Positions 38,954 through 50,043 of a DNA stretch of 64,000 nt are shown one piece after another. Made by a program: the position numbers and the translations under genes. The stretch comes from Spirogloea muscicola (Eukaryota): positions 521,638 to 585,637 of the forward strand of contig WELB01000011.1 in NCBI GenBank assembly GCA_009602725.1, written 5' to 3'. How positions within the stretch are numbered: the first letter of the stretch is position 1; every line of letters begins with the position of its first letter. The notes under the pieces are model-generated. The model ran no database searches. It saw nothing but the letters and a program-made list of their open reading frames with translations, and was not told where the DNA came from.

Positions 38954-40130
38954 GAGTTGAACCTCTGCTGGGCAGCTGAGATTTGGGTGCACAGCCAGCA
39001 AGTTGCATACATCTTCGAAGCAGGTCATCATAAACGAGCAGGACTACTATACATGGGAAATTACATGAGGAATTCTGCTGGAACTCGTCAAGAAGCTTCA
39101 GTCCTCCACTTGAGATTCAATGCCAAGACTCCCTTCTCAACTGCCTTCCGCGTGGTAAGAAGTTGTAGCTGCCTCCTTGACTGTCACGTGAGACCAAAGT
39201 TGGCTTGTCGCTGCATGAAGGGTGTTGATTGCTCGTGCAAAAGTATAAGGAAGAAATTTCCCTCATGACCATTAGTTGCTATTGTCAATGTATTGCAGGT
39301 TGCATGTTGGAACTGATGACGTGCTTGGCCTCTCAGTATGTTGCGGGAGCAAAAGCTCTTGTTAGCTTGACACATAGTTGGCACGGAGGCTCATCTGGTG
39401 GGACATCACATTAGTAAAGGCGAGGCCTGCAAAGTGTAAGTAGCAGGTTTGAGAGCATTAAGACCTAGGGGCCGCCTTTTGCGACCGCACTGGCGAAGGC
39501 TGTGAAGGTGTGGGCACCACCTGCTGGACTAGTCAATAAGGGTGAATTGCAGGCAGGCAAAAGGCAGCTGAGTGATCTACGGAGCCAAAACATACAGACA
39601 GTCAATCTGATGAAGAAGCAGCGGGACGAGGAAAATTTGAGGTCTGGTATGGTTCAAGGACAAGTTGTCTCATGGTTCATGCCCTTCATTGCAAATCTTT
39701 TGGCTGGGCTGAACGTGTAGGACATCATGTTGCAGAAAGCAGGCGCCAACAAGAGAAAGGACGCCCAATCTGGCAGCGAGAACAGCAACTCACGCCGATC
39801 AAGTATATATTTCGCTTCGTGGGCGGAGCCTGGCGGCAGTAAAGGTGGGCAGAGGGATGCAGACCTCCTACAAGGGGGTCATGCGTGTGAACAGGAACGA
39901 AGTCCATCGAGATTGTTGAGCAGGCGGTAGTAGAGGATAGCATGACACATTGATGTTCGCCTGGCGTAGTGCAACCAAAGGGGCCAGGTCTGGCAGCGGC
40001 GCACAATGTGTGGTGGTGGAATTTACAGTGGGGATTTGGGCCGTGCTCCCATGGAGGAGCTGGGACGCGGGGACAGAAGGAATTGTTCCTTGGCAGGAGA
40101 CGGTGGGTCTGAGAGGAATTCTTCTCTTTG

Positions 40131-42078
40131 TACCTTAGGTACCTTAGATTAGGTCTCCGTGTTATGTAGCATTGTTTAGTCTGCACTCGACTCTGCCTGA
40201 ACAATGTATTGGCTTGAATTGGCCTCCCTTTCAATTCATGCGCCCCGCGCGCCTTCTCTCTCTCTTTGTAGCTGCTAAACGCTTGTAGGCCCCTCCGAAC
40301 CTTTATCAAAAAATTTTGGGCTGGCTTTTCGCAGCCCTTGCCCCATTAAGAGTGCCACTTCTTCGTAGCTGCTAAGCATTTTCGGCCCCTTCGAACCTTT
40401 GTCAATTCTTTTCGGGCTGGCTTTTCACAGCCCTTGCCCCCATTGGGAGTGCCACTTCTTCTCTTTCTCTAAGTTATTTGTGTTCTTTCTTGACGGTGTA
40501 CTTACTGATTGATGCTTTCGAAGTCAGAGCACCCCCACACCGTCTGTGCCCGGCTGGCAACAACCCACACGGAGCATGAAAAGGAGACGAAGGGCTCGCC
40601 CATTGAGGATGGAAGAGGATCTGAACCCAAAGGAGAGGCACCACAAGGATCACATCGGAGGTAACCACTTCTGACCGTGCGCTATGGGCGTCCTACGGCA
40701 GCTTCGGCAAGCCATGCTTATCTCTCCTCCAGATCTGGCTAAGCTGGTTAACAAGCGTCGTGATTGGGGAGGCAGCTTGGGGCATGCTAGCAGTCCGCAG
40801 GGATTGTTAGCATGTTTCAACATGTAGCTATTGCTAGTCCGCAGCGCTTATTCATCAGCTGCTGGTGTGCTCGAAGCCAGGCCACTGGCTTCCATATCGG
40901 TGCTGCGGCTCCCCAAGTTAGCCTGCCGTGAACTATGCTCACCGGTGGGTACTGGAATCCCCCTGAAGCCGGCTTTTGGACTGGTTGGTACCTCAGCCCC
41001 CATGACATAGAGCTTCGCTTTGTGTAGCCCCATCCTCTGCACTAGCTTCGCCTAAGGGATATTGGCTTGATATGGCCTCCCATTCATCTCATGGAGCCGC
41101 GCGCCTTCTCTCTTTGCAGCCCCCGCCCGCTCTGAAAGAGCTGCTTCTTTTTCCCCAGCCCTTGCACCCTTAGCGAGCTTCTTCTCCTGGACTTAGATGT
41201 GGCGACACTTGCTGCTAGCTACTCCGACTTTCACAGCCATTGCCATCTCTAAAATTACTTTCATTTTTTGGGCTGGCTTTTCACGACCATCGTCCCCCTT
41301 CGAGATAGCTTCTTCCTTTTGCTGGCTTTCCACTGCTAAGCAGCCTCAGGTCAGATACGCTAGGCTCCTGAAAGAAAGTGCCCGCCCATAAAGAAGAGGG
41401 GCTGGCAAAGCCAACCCAAAAAGAAGGGACAATGTTCAGAGCCAAAGAAAGAAGTGCCGAAGAGGGACTACACTACAAAGTGCAAGACGGTGCAGTGGAA
41501 GGTGCAGATGGATGCTCAGTATCCACGTGTGAGCAACAGCAGATCAGAGTAACTCGGAGCAGGAAAAGCGGCACTCTGCCGAGACCGGAAGCGGCAGCCA
41601 TAGCACGGCCAGTGCGCGCGTGGACCGCATGAGCCAAAGAGCGCTGTAGCGAGACCGCCAGCCTCATCCGAAAGACCTGCGCGAGGGAGCCGGCAGCATT
41701 GAAGCCTGGCGAACCCTGCCGCCGCTCGATGGCCTCCCGAGCAAGCCGCTGGAGGAGATCCAACCAGCCACTGCCGAAGGCCCCGTGTACGTCAATGGCC
41801 AGTGCCGCGAAGCTGAGCTTCCCTAGTATGTTGTCGTGATTGGTAGAGTAGAGGAGTAGAGGAGTCCTTCCTCCTTAGATTACCTTAGATTAGGTCTCCG
41901 TATTATGTAGCATTGTTTAGTCTGCACTCGACTCTGCCTGAACAATGTATTGGCTTGAATTGGCCTCCCTTTCAATTCATGCGCCCCGCGCGCCTTCTCT
42001 CCTCGGCTTCTCATTCTTCGGCTTTGGACATTGTCCATTCTTTTTGGGCTGGCTTTGCCAGCCCCTCTTTCTTCCTGG
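40131..42078. mobile_element. Large nest of CRE-type retroelement fragments (C, D, D, B, C-like with ORF remnant, B, E(-), C, E)
   Basis: C 40131-40265; two tandem D units 40268-40364 and 40365-40470; degraded RLE end plus C-like UTR 40620-41112; E(-) 41370-41840; C 41872-42002; E end 42003-42075. Confidence 0.85.
41370..41840 (-). mobile_element. 5'-truncated CRE-type retrotransposon, family E
   Basis: KLSFAALAIDVHGAFGSGWLDLLQRLA..FRMRLAVSLQRSLAHAVHARTGRAMAAASG..SDLLLLTRGY*, then UTR GGGTTGGCTTTGCCAGCCCC..GGGCGGGCACTTTCTTTC. Confidence 0.82.
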
Positions 42079-42318
42079 AGGGTGGTCAGAGTACTTGCGC
42101 GCCTTACTCAATGGAAGAGGATGCCATGGTAAGCTTTGTGGGCACACTCGACTGGGATAGGTTCTCGGCTGGGCGGGGGGGCAATCTCGGCTCGTGCCGG
42201 GCGTGCCACGGCCGCCGACGGCTGCGGTCGGCGGCGGGCCCTCCATCGTCCGCCGCCCCGCCGACGACGGGCCGCCGCCGCGCCCCAAACCCGGACCCCG
42301 CGAGCTTGCGCCGCCGCC

Positions 42319-45300
42319 ATGGCGGCTGCGGCCCCCGCCGGCGGCCGCCGCCTCCGCCTCGCCACCATTGTCCTCGTCGCCGCGCTCGCCAGGTGGGGCT
42401 CCCCCAAGCTCCGTCCTACCATTCCCCCGCGGCCCAGCTGGCGGCTCGATGTCGTGCCCCCTTCGGCACTTGGTGTAGGACGTTCTGGCGATGCCTGTCA
42501 CCCCCGCCTCGTGACGAGCAGCTCCCTCGTACCCACTTTATACTATCCGGATAGCCCGAAGGAGGCTGGGCGACCGAGCCGGAGCAGCACTGTAGGAGCC
42601 GTCGTTGCGCTGTCGTTGTCGCAAAACCTTGCGTCACGCATCACGGAGTCGCTGGCTTCTGAGCTGCCCGCCTGCAGCTTGTACTGAATCTCAGCTGCCA
42701 CGACAGTGGGCAGCATCCTAGCTTTGCAATGAGCCTGCACTACATGTGATCTGCCTGTGGGCGGCGCATGTCGCTGGGCTGTCTATATGAAAACCTTGGA
42801 CACACAGTCTACTTTCCTTCGTGTGGAAGAAGCAGGACAGATGTGCTTGCGTGCATGTATCGTCCTTCTGTAACTTCCAGGCCCCACAAGCGGCTCGTGG
42901 CCCACTCTTCCCAAGCTGGATGGGGCGCATCAGCTGGAAAGATTACAGCTGATACTCAGTTCCTCTTGACGATTGCTGTGTCATGCAGATGCGCCAGTGC
43001 TAAGGTGGTGACCTACAATCTAACCATCTCGCAAGGCTTCTGGGCACCCGACTGTGTCATGAAGGAGGTTCGTCGATCCGACACGACACCTGCCCGCTCT
43101 ACAAGCAAGATACCTAGCCAGAGCTTGGCTCCTGCTTTGAGGTCCTGTAGTTGGGATGCTGTTAGCTGCTGAGAGCGTAGAGACCACGTGCAGGTGACTG
43201 TGCAATGTTTGCGAAGACAGCCAGTGATCTGTCAATGACTTTCAGTCGCAGCAAAAATCTCGAGTCTTTCCTTTGGCCTGTAGGAACTGCGGACCTGGGC
43301 TTGTTGCTAGAGAGCCGCATCTTCTTTTGGCTCGCTAAGTATCCCAGGCATGGCAGATGCCTGAAACTCTTATCTGGCATATGCTGCTCTCATCCAGGTC
43401 ATTCTCATCAATGGAGTCTTCCCCGGGCCCACGCTTACTGCAACCGAGGGCGACACTTTGGTGGTCAACGTGCTCAATCAGCTCGTACACCAGGGCGTGA
43501 CCATCCACTGGCACGGCATCCGGCAGTACAAGACGCCATACGCCGACGGGCCCGCCTACGTCACGCAGTGCCCCATCCAAACGGACGAGGTGTACCAGTA
43601 CAGGTTCACAGTTGACAAGGTCTGACCATTCATTTGCGAGGCAGCGGGAATTGGCTGCGCTGAATGCAAGAGCCTTGCTACGGCCGGAGCTTGTGGTGCA
43701 GACAAGCAATAACAGGCTAGGTGCTAGCTGCTGCTTAAGCTGCTGGTGATGAGTCCGCTGCTGACCGAAATGGGAGCTCTGCTGATGAACAGCTGCTGAT
43801 GGCGCTTGCTGCCCGTTTGCCAGTGCAGTCCGGCACCTACTTCTATCATGGGCACTACGGCCTACAGGTATCAAACGGCCTGACCGGCCTTCTCATCGTC
43901 AAGGAGAGCTCCTCGCCATCAAAGTTGTCAAGCCGTTTTCCGTACAAGATAGACGGGGAGATCTCTCCTCTACTCCTCAATGACTGGTGGCACAGGAGCA
44001 TAGATGAGCAGGCGGTGGGCCTGAACTCGATACCATTTGGTTGGGTTGGTGAGCCCCAGGTAAATGAGGAACCATAGCAGATGGGTGACCTCATGACATG
44101 TCGCCTTCACTTCGTCTCATACTCCTCCATCTCCCCAAGTTGGCAAGGGGCACGATTTGGACAACTGGCTATGTGTCACTTCACATAAGGTGTCTTGCTT
44201 GCTGGAGACCAGAGCAACATTTGCTGTGGGCTTTTGTTATTTGCGCTCATTTGCACCTACTATGTCCAGAAAATGGTATGACTCCATCACTAGAGAGCTG
44301 ATGCTGCTCTTGTACGACTTGCAGTCGCTTCTGATCAATGGCAGGGGCAAGTACAACTGCAGCCTGGTGCCCTCGGCAACAGTTGGGTCAGGGGATGCAC
44401 TCACGTGCAATGCCAGCTCCCCATCCTGCTCCCTGCCAACCATGACAAATCAGCTTCAACCTGGTCAGTCCTGGCAAAGGGCTCTCAGCATTGCTTCAGA
44501 TTGCTTCGAGTGGCATTGTGTGGAAGCCTGCCGTGGTTGGCTGACCGTGAACTCCCCTAATACAAGCAACCAGTCATAAGCTTGAGGAGAGAGTAGCTTT
44601 GTGCTGCTTTAACACCTCTGTAATTTAGCAGTGAGTTGTTGCTCATGATTGACAGGGAAGACATACAGGTGGAGAATTGTCAGTGCAGCCTCTCTGTCAA
44701 CGCTCAATCTTGTGGTCGAAGGCCACAGGCTTACAGTGGTAGTAGCAGATGGCTGGCTGATGCAGCCATTCACAGTTTCAACGCTCAATATTTATTCCGG
44801 CCAGGCCGTCGAAGTGCTTCTGACCACCTCAAAGGTAATCAGGCATAGCTGGGAATCTTGCACAGCTGGGAGTCTTGCACTGCTTGTGGCCATCTGAACT
44901 GGACCGTAGATCAGGCCAATGCCTGATTGCAGACAGTCGCTGTCATAAGACAAGACGTACTCCTTCTCACAAGCAGGAGATGACATGTTATTTCCACAGG
45001 TTGTGAAGAACTACTGGATAGGCATCAATGTGCGTGGGCGCAAGCCAAGCACTCCCACCGGATTGGCGGTGCTTAACCTGGCAGGTTTATTTCATACTGC
45101 TGCAGCTTACATGATATGACACTTGCGATGCTTCAGCCACTGAAATTAGTAAGAGCTCGAAGACTCTACTGGCACCTGCACTTTCCCGTGGACTCAGGTC
45201 AAGCTAACAGTGGGCTGGATTGTGTCAGGTGTTAGTCGTTCAGCCTTGCCAAAGACTGCTCCTCCTGTCAGTCCACTGTGGAATGACACAGCTTCTAGCA

Positions 45301-46591
45301 AGGCCCAGCTCATCCAGTACAAGGGAAGATACGACGTGCGCAGCACTGCCCCCAAAGTACCAAAGAAAGCTGACCGCCAGATCATCATGGTTGGAACACA
45401 GAATCTCATAAATGGGGCCATTCGATGGGCTGTCAACAACCGATCATATTACTTGCCTTCAACGCCCATCCTCCTCTCGCTTGCTGTAAGAAGGCCGTTA
45501 CTCGACTCGTGCATACCTTGACTAGCCCTACTGCGGTCAGCTCTGCACGCTCCTGAAGTTGAGCCTTTCCTGGCCATTAACATTATAGCTTGGAGTCTAA
45601 GTTGGACACTCTGCTGCACGGCTTACTGGTGCAGGACAATGTCAAGAATGGCTTCGACATGAGTCCGCCGCTCGACAAACCAGCCTATGTCTACGACTAC
45701 TCTCAGCCTCCATCCAACAAGAATGCGACATATGGTCAACAAGTATACACATTGCAGCCGGGATCCACTGTGGACATCGTTATTCAGAACACCAACACAC
45801 TGACACCAAGTAAAGCACCCCTGGCCGGCTGCAAAATGCTGCTCATGAAAGCAGCAGGAGCTGGCCTCGATGTGGAAGCTTACACTAGCTTCTCGTGCTG
45901 CTCTTTGACAAACCTTGCCTTGTGTGGTGCCTCCTGCTGCTTGGTAACCCGCAGTCTCTGTAACCTCGTCCGTGGTATATACAAACCTGCAGACAACAGT
46001 GAGTACCATCCCTGGCACCTTCATGGACATTCGTTTTGGGTCGTTGGCTACGGCGATGGCACATTCAATTCAGCCAGCGATCCTGCCAAGTACAACCTAG
46101 TGGACCCTCCATACAGGCACTCTTCACCCGTCCTCCCTTATGGCTGGACCACGTTCCGCTTCATTGCTGACAATCCAGGCGCATGGAATTTCCACTGCCA
46201 CATCATATGGCATCAGGTGCGACATCATGACATTCTCAACATGGCCTTTGCTTGGCCTTCGCCTTTGTCTGAGCTGTGTTAGCCACACAGTCTGCAGCTA
46301 GGTGTTGCTCCTATTTTCCACCCCAGTATGACAGTAAGGAAGATTGCCCTGGTCCCCAAGCACAATTTGCCAACAGATCCGGGTTGCATGAGAGGCTTTT
46401 TTAATGTTTGTGGCGGCATGGCTTGGTCATTGTCAAAGGAGCCGCCTCGATTACAACCAGTCAACAGATGTGGTGATATATCTGGCAACTTGTTACTCAC
46501 ACAGGTCTTAGGAATGGAGGCTGTCTTTGTCATCCCCGGCAAATTTGGCGATGCACCAAAAGACACCAAGAAGTGCGGATTAATAGAATAA
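42319..46591 (+). CDS. AO: L-ascorbate oxidase (multicopper oxidase), secreted
   Basis: Signal peptide; [96 protein letters not shown] (Met axial ligand). Confidence 0.92.
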
Positions 46592-47489
46592 GCTGTGGAT
46601 GCTGTCCGATACTTGACATTTACGAGCTGCAAAGTCAGAGCAATAGGCCTGACTTTGCTTCTTTCCAATAACAAGACCAGCTCTCCGAATGCCTTTGAGC
46701 AATAATTGTTCAGTGTACGGGTATAGCGGACAAGGTGTTCCCCCAACCACTGATCTCCAGGCCAACTGATTTGGCGTATCCTATACAATCTGCAAGTGCC
46801 TCATGCTCTGGAAAGTCCTTATGCAGGCTGTGTCATGCATCTGTATATGCATGTTTCTTGACATCTCTTGCTTGACCTTCAATTTTTCGTCAAGGGGACT
46901 GCTTTTCGGCTGCTATGTTCTCTGACTTGCGACTGCTAAGTAGACATTCCTAAGTGTTTATCCTACATGGGATTTACATGTGTGGTTCAGCGCGTTCCAT
47001 GCCCTTTTACAGCCCTCCGCCCCAGTGGATGAGCTTACGCCTCCTTTTCAATTGGTGGTGACAGTCTGATCCATAGGTAGACCGCTGGAGATTCAATGGT
47101 CAGACATGTCTTCAATATTTGCAAATCCACCTGAAGTTGTCCATGTGCTCACTACTGTCTCTTGTCAAGAGGAGCCTGTCTTCTTCTTCTTTAAGCAAGC
47201 CATGCCCTTTCTTCCCTACCGACGAGTCGCTACCTGCACTGGGGCCCAGGTGGAATTCGAGACCCCCAAGAAAAAGAGGCGCTTTTAGGGGAACCATTCT
47301 GGAAAGGTGAAACCTGCCGTCTGCAGCCTGCAATCTGCAGCCCCGTCTGCTCAGTCCCACTAAGGATACTGTTGAGCAGTGACGGCCATGCAGCATGTGC
47401 CCAAGAAGCCCTGACACAGCACGATGTGCACGGCTGAGTGTCCTCCACTGAAGCTTTGGAAGCAGTTAACGTAGGAGAGAGAGACGTTC

Positions 47490-47530
47490 CCATGAGGGGG
47501 CGGTGGCTGGGAGAGGCCAGCCCAGGAAAG
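47490..47530 (-). repeat. Short CRE-type 3'-end remnant upstream of the FHA gene
   Basis: GGCGGTGGCTGGGAGAGGCCAGCCCA resembles 11754-11780. A weaker remnant CTTTTACAGCCCTCCGCCCC lies near 47005. Confidence 0.55.
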
Positions 47531-47727
47531 GTCTGGGTCTCTGTCAGGAGCATGTCCAGTCTGCTCTTCACGAGAACACTTCAGCATGCAGCACAACAGA
47601 GAGAGCAGTGGGGAAGGTCAGTTGAGGATGAAGAGGATACCGAAGATGGGCTTCTGGTCCAGTTCGTCGACAATTTGCTGAAGGGTTCCATCGGACAGCT
47701 TGCTCGACGACGGCGGCAGCGGTGGCG

Positions 47728-49677
47728 ATGCCGGAGGAGGACGCGGCGGGCGGCAAGGTGGCGGGCGTGGCGAAGCTGGTGGGCGAGGACTTTGAGTTCG
47801 TGGTGCGCAAGTACAGCGTGACGCTGGGGCGCGCCAGCAAGCGCGGCGCGGTGGACCTCGACCTCGCGGCGCTCGGCGGCGGCATGAACATCTCCCGCCA
47901 GCACGCCTGCCTCTACTACGCCTTCGACCGCCGCCGGTGGGCGCTCGCCTCAACCCTAACCCTAACCCTAAAACTCAGAATTGTAACCCTAACCCCTGCA
48001 TTCTAGAAGCTAACATTCCTCACAGCACTACTGGCGCCGTGGTCGCCAGGATGGCCCTCTCAAGGCGTAAGAGGAGCTGCACCCCTAAACCCTGACGTCA
48101 ATTCTAGTCACTACTAGCCATCACTCGTGTAAGGACTCCAGTCTCAGCCAGCAGCCCCTCTGACCGTTGTTGTGGCTACGTCGGTGCCCTCGTCTCGGCT
48201 GTGCCCGAGGCCAGGTTCGAGCTGGAGGTGCTGGGCAAGAACGGCCTGCACGTCCGCAGCGAGCTGCACCAGGGCGGGGGCCCCGCCGTGCCGCTGGCGT
48301 CCCAGGACCTGCTCCAGATCGGGGACAAGCTCTTCTACTTCCTCCTCCCCACTGAGCTCAAGCCCAACGAGTCCAAAGCTGACGACTCGCCCGTTAAGGC
48401 CGCTCCTCGCACCGACATCGCCGCTTCCGCTGCCGCTGCCGGTGCCGCTGCAACGCGCCGAGGCGGCTCTCCGCTCCAGACAGGCCCTCAGCCGGCCACT
48501 CCCATTGATTGGCCAGCCAATGATGGTGTAGTCCCAATCCTTACACCATATGATCACTTGCCCTTTGTCAAACAGCGTTGGCTGTGCCACGAGCTCAGGG
48601 GCTTGTCGCCCTCGATGCATGAGCACTGCCCACCGCCGTATTTGTGCAGGTCTGGCCAAGCCAGCTGCGCCCTCCCGCCGGCAAGTCCTGCAGGCACCGG
48701 TGGAAGGTGCTGCATCGGACAGTGAGCACCCTGGCAACAGTGGGAGCAGGTCGAGCCCCAACTCGGGTGGAGCAGCGCCTAAGAGAGGTGACGACCTTGA
48801 TGAGGCAGGGCCAGTCGATCATGTTGCACCCAGCCAGCCTTCAGCACCAAGATGGCGCTTGAACCTCTAGTGAAGTGTAAAGCATAATTACCGTCGCCTT
48901 GTGCTCTCAAGCCCGGTCCTTACGCGGCACCTGGAGCTGCAAGCCTATCGGAGCTGGATTTGCAACTTGCAGCTGATGCTAACTTTCTCTTATACAACTG
49001 GCGTTATTGGCCTGCGAGCACGTCGCCATGCAGAAGCAGGAGAGCCACCGCGAGGGCCCGCGGCACCAGCCTCTGCCACCGCTGTTGAGCTGCAGGTCAA
49101 CGATGCCGTGGCTTCCATCCTGCACGCCAACAACCCTGGCGAGCCAATGGCGCTGGCCACTGTTAACCTGGAGGTGAGCTGCCCCCTTACTTGCACCCCT
49201 CTAGCGGGCCAAGCCTGGGCCCAACTTGCTTACTCGTTGCTGCATCCTGCACTAGCATTTGCGCCAGGTGTGCCGTCCTAGACGCTGCGAGGTATGTCCC
49301 ATTCTTAAGCCACACCCAGACTTCAAGCCAGGACTGGTCACAAGCTTTCCCCCAGATCATGAGCCTGGACTCACTTCAGGCAGCTCTGAACTGAGCATGA
49401 CATCTGCCGGCGTGACTTGGGCGGCGGTTGAGCGACACAGCTGCAGGCACAGTTCCCTGGCCTGAACGAGCAGGCGCAGCATCTGGGCGTGCTACCGGTT
49501 GCCAACCAGCAGCCATCGAATGAGAAGCACTGGGCGGGCCTGGGCACACTACTGGGCCGCAACACGCGGATTTTCACTCGCTCCGTACGCCTCAAAGGGC
49601 GCGCACTTGTTGACATGGTCGAGCTCCGGCCCCAGGCCTCCCGCCGCGAGCGCCGCAACATCGACCTCAACAATTAA
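47728..49677 (+). CDS. FHA2: Plant FHA-domain transcriptional regulator (FHA1/FHA2, Fhl1-like)
   Basis: AKLVGEDFEFVVRKYSVTLGRASK..VDLDLAALGGGMNISRQHA.LYYAFDRR|RFELEVLGKNG..LASQDLLQIGDKLFYFLLP. Putative stop 49675-49677. Confidence 0.88.
47951..47997 (+). repeat. Telomere-like (AACCCT)n tract in FHA gene intron 1
   Basis: CAACCCTAACCCTAACCCTAAAA..TAACCCTAACCCC; a further CCCTAAACCCTGA near 48083. Confidence 0.6.
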
Positions 49678-50043
49678 GCATTCCCACAGCGTGCAAAGAG
49701 ATCACAATATCGTTCAACACATCGCACCGGCCCACGCCAGCTTTAAGCACAGCTGTCTGGGGCCCTGCCCCTTCGACAAACCCCTCGCTATTGAGGTCTT
49801 CGTGTATAGGCTTCTCCTGCAGTGACGTCAGTCAGTGCCGTCGTCATGCCGGATTGGGCAATGCTCACTGAGAGCCCAGAGCAGGTTTGCAAGCCAGCTA
49901 TATGGCAATGTGGCTAAAAGTGGCTCAATGGGAAAAACAAAATAGCCGCCTACAAAGCTCACTTCAGTCAAAAGAGCTCGCAGCAGTGCTGGCCAAAGGG
50001 TACAGCTAATGGCCAGCTGGGTCCTGCCAGGTTGCTGGCACTT

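Noticed and set aside
39500..40130. Short ORFs, possible degraded transposon or gene fragment
   Set aside because: No recognisable motif or consistent splice structure, and stops occur in all frames.
40131..40265. Family-C repeat as a tRNA-derived SINE, snRNA or hammerhead ribozyme
   Set aside because: No clear A/B boxes, Sm site or CTGANGA/GAAA core was seen. A related sequence follows an RLE-like ORF remnant at 40620-41112, favouring a LINE 3' UTR origin.
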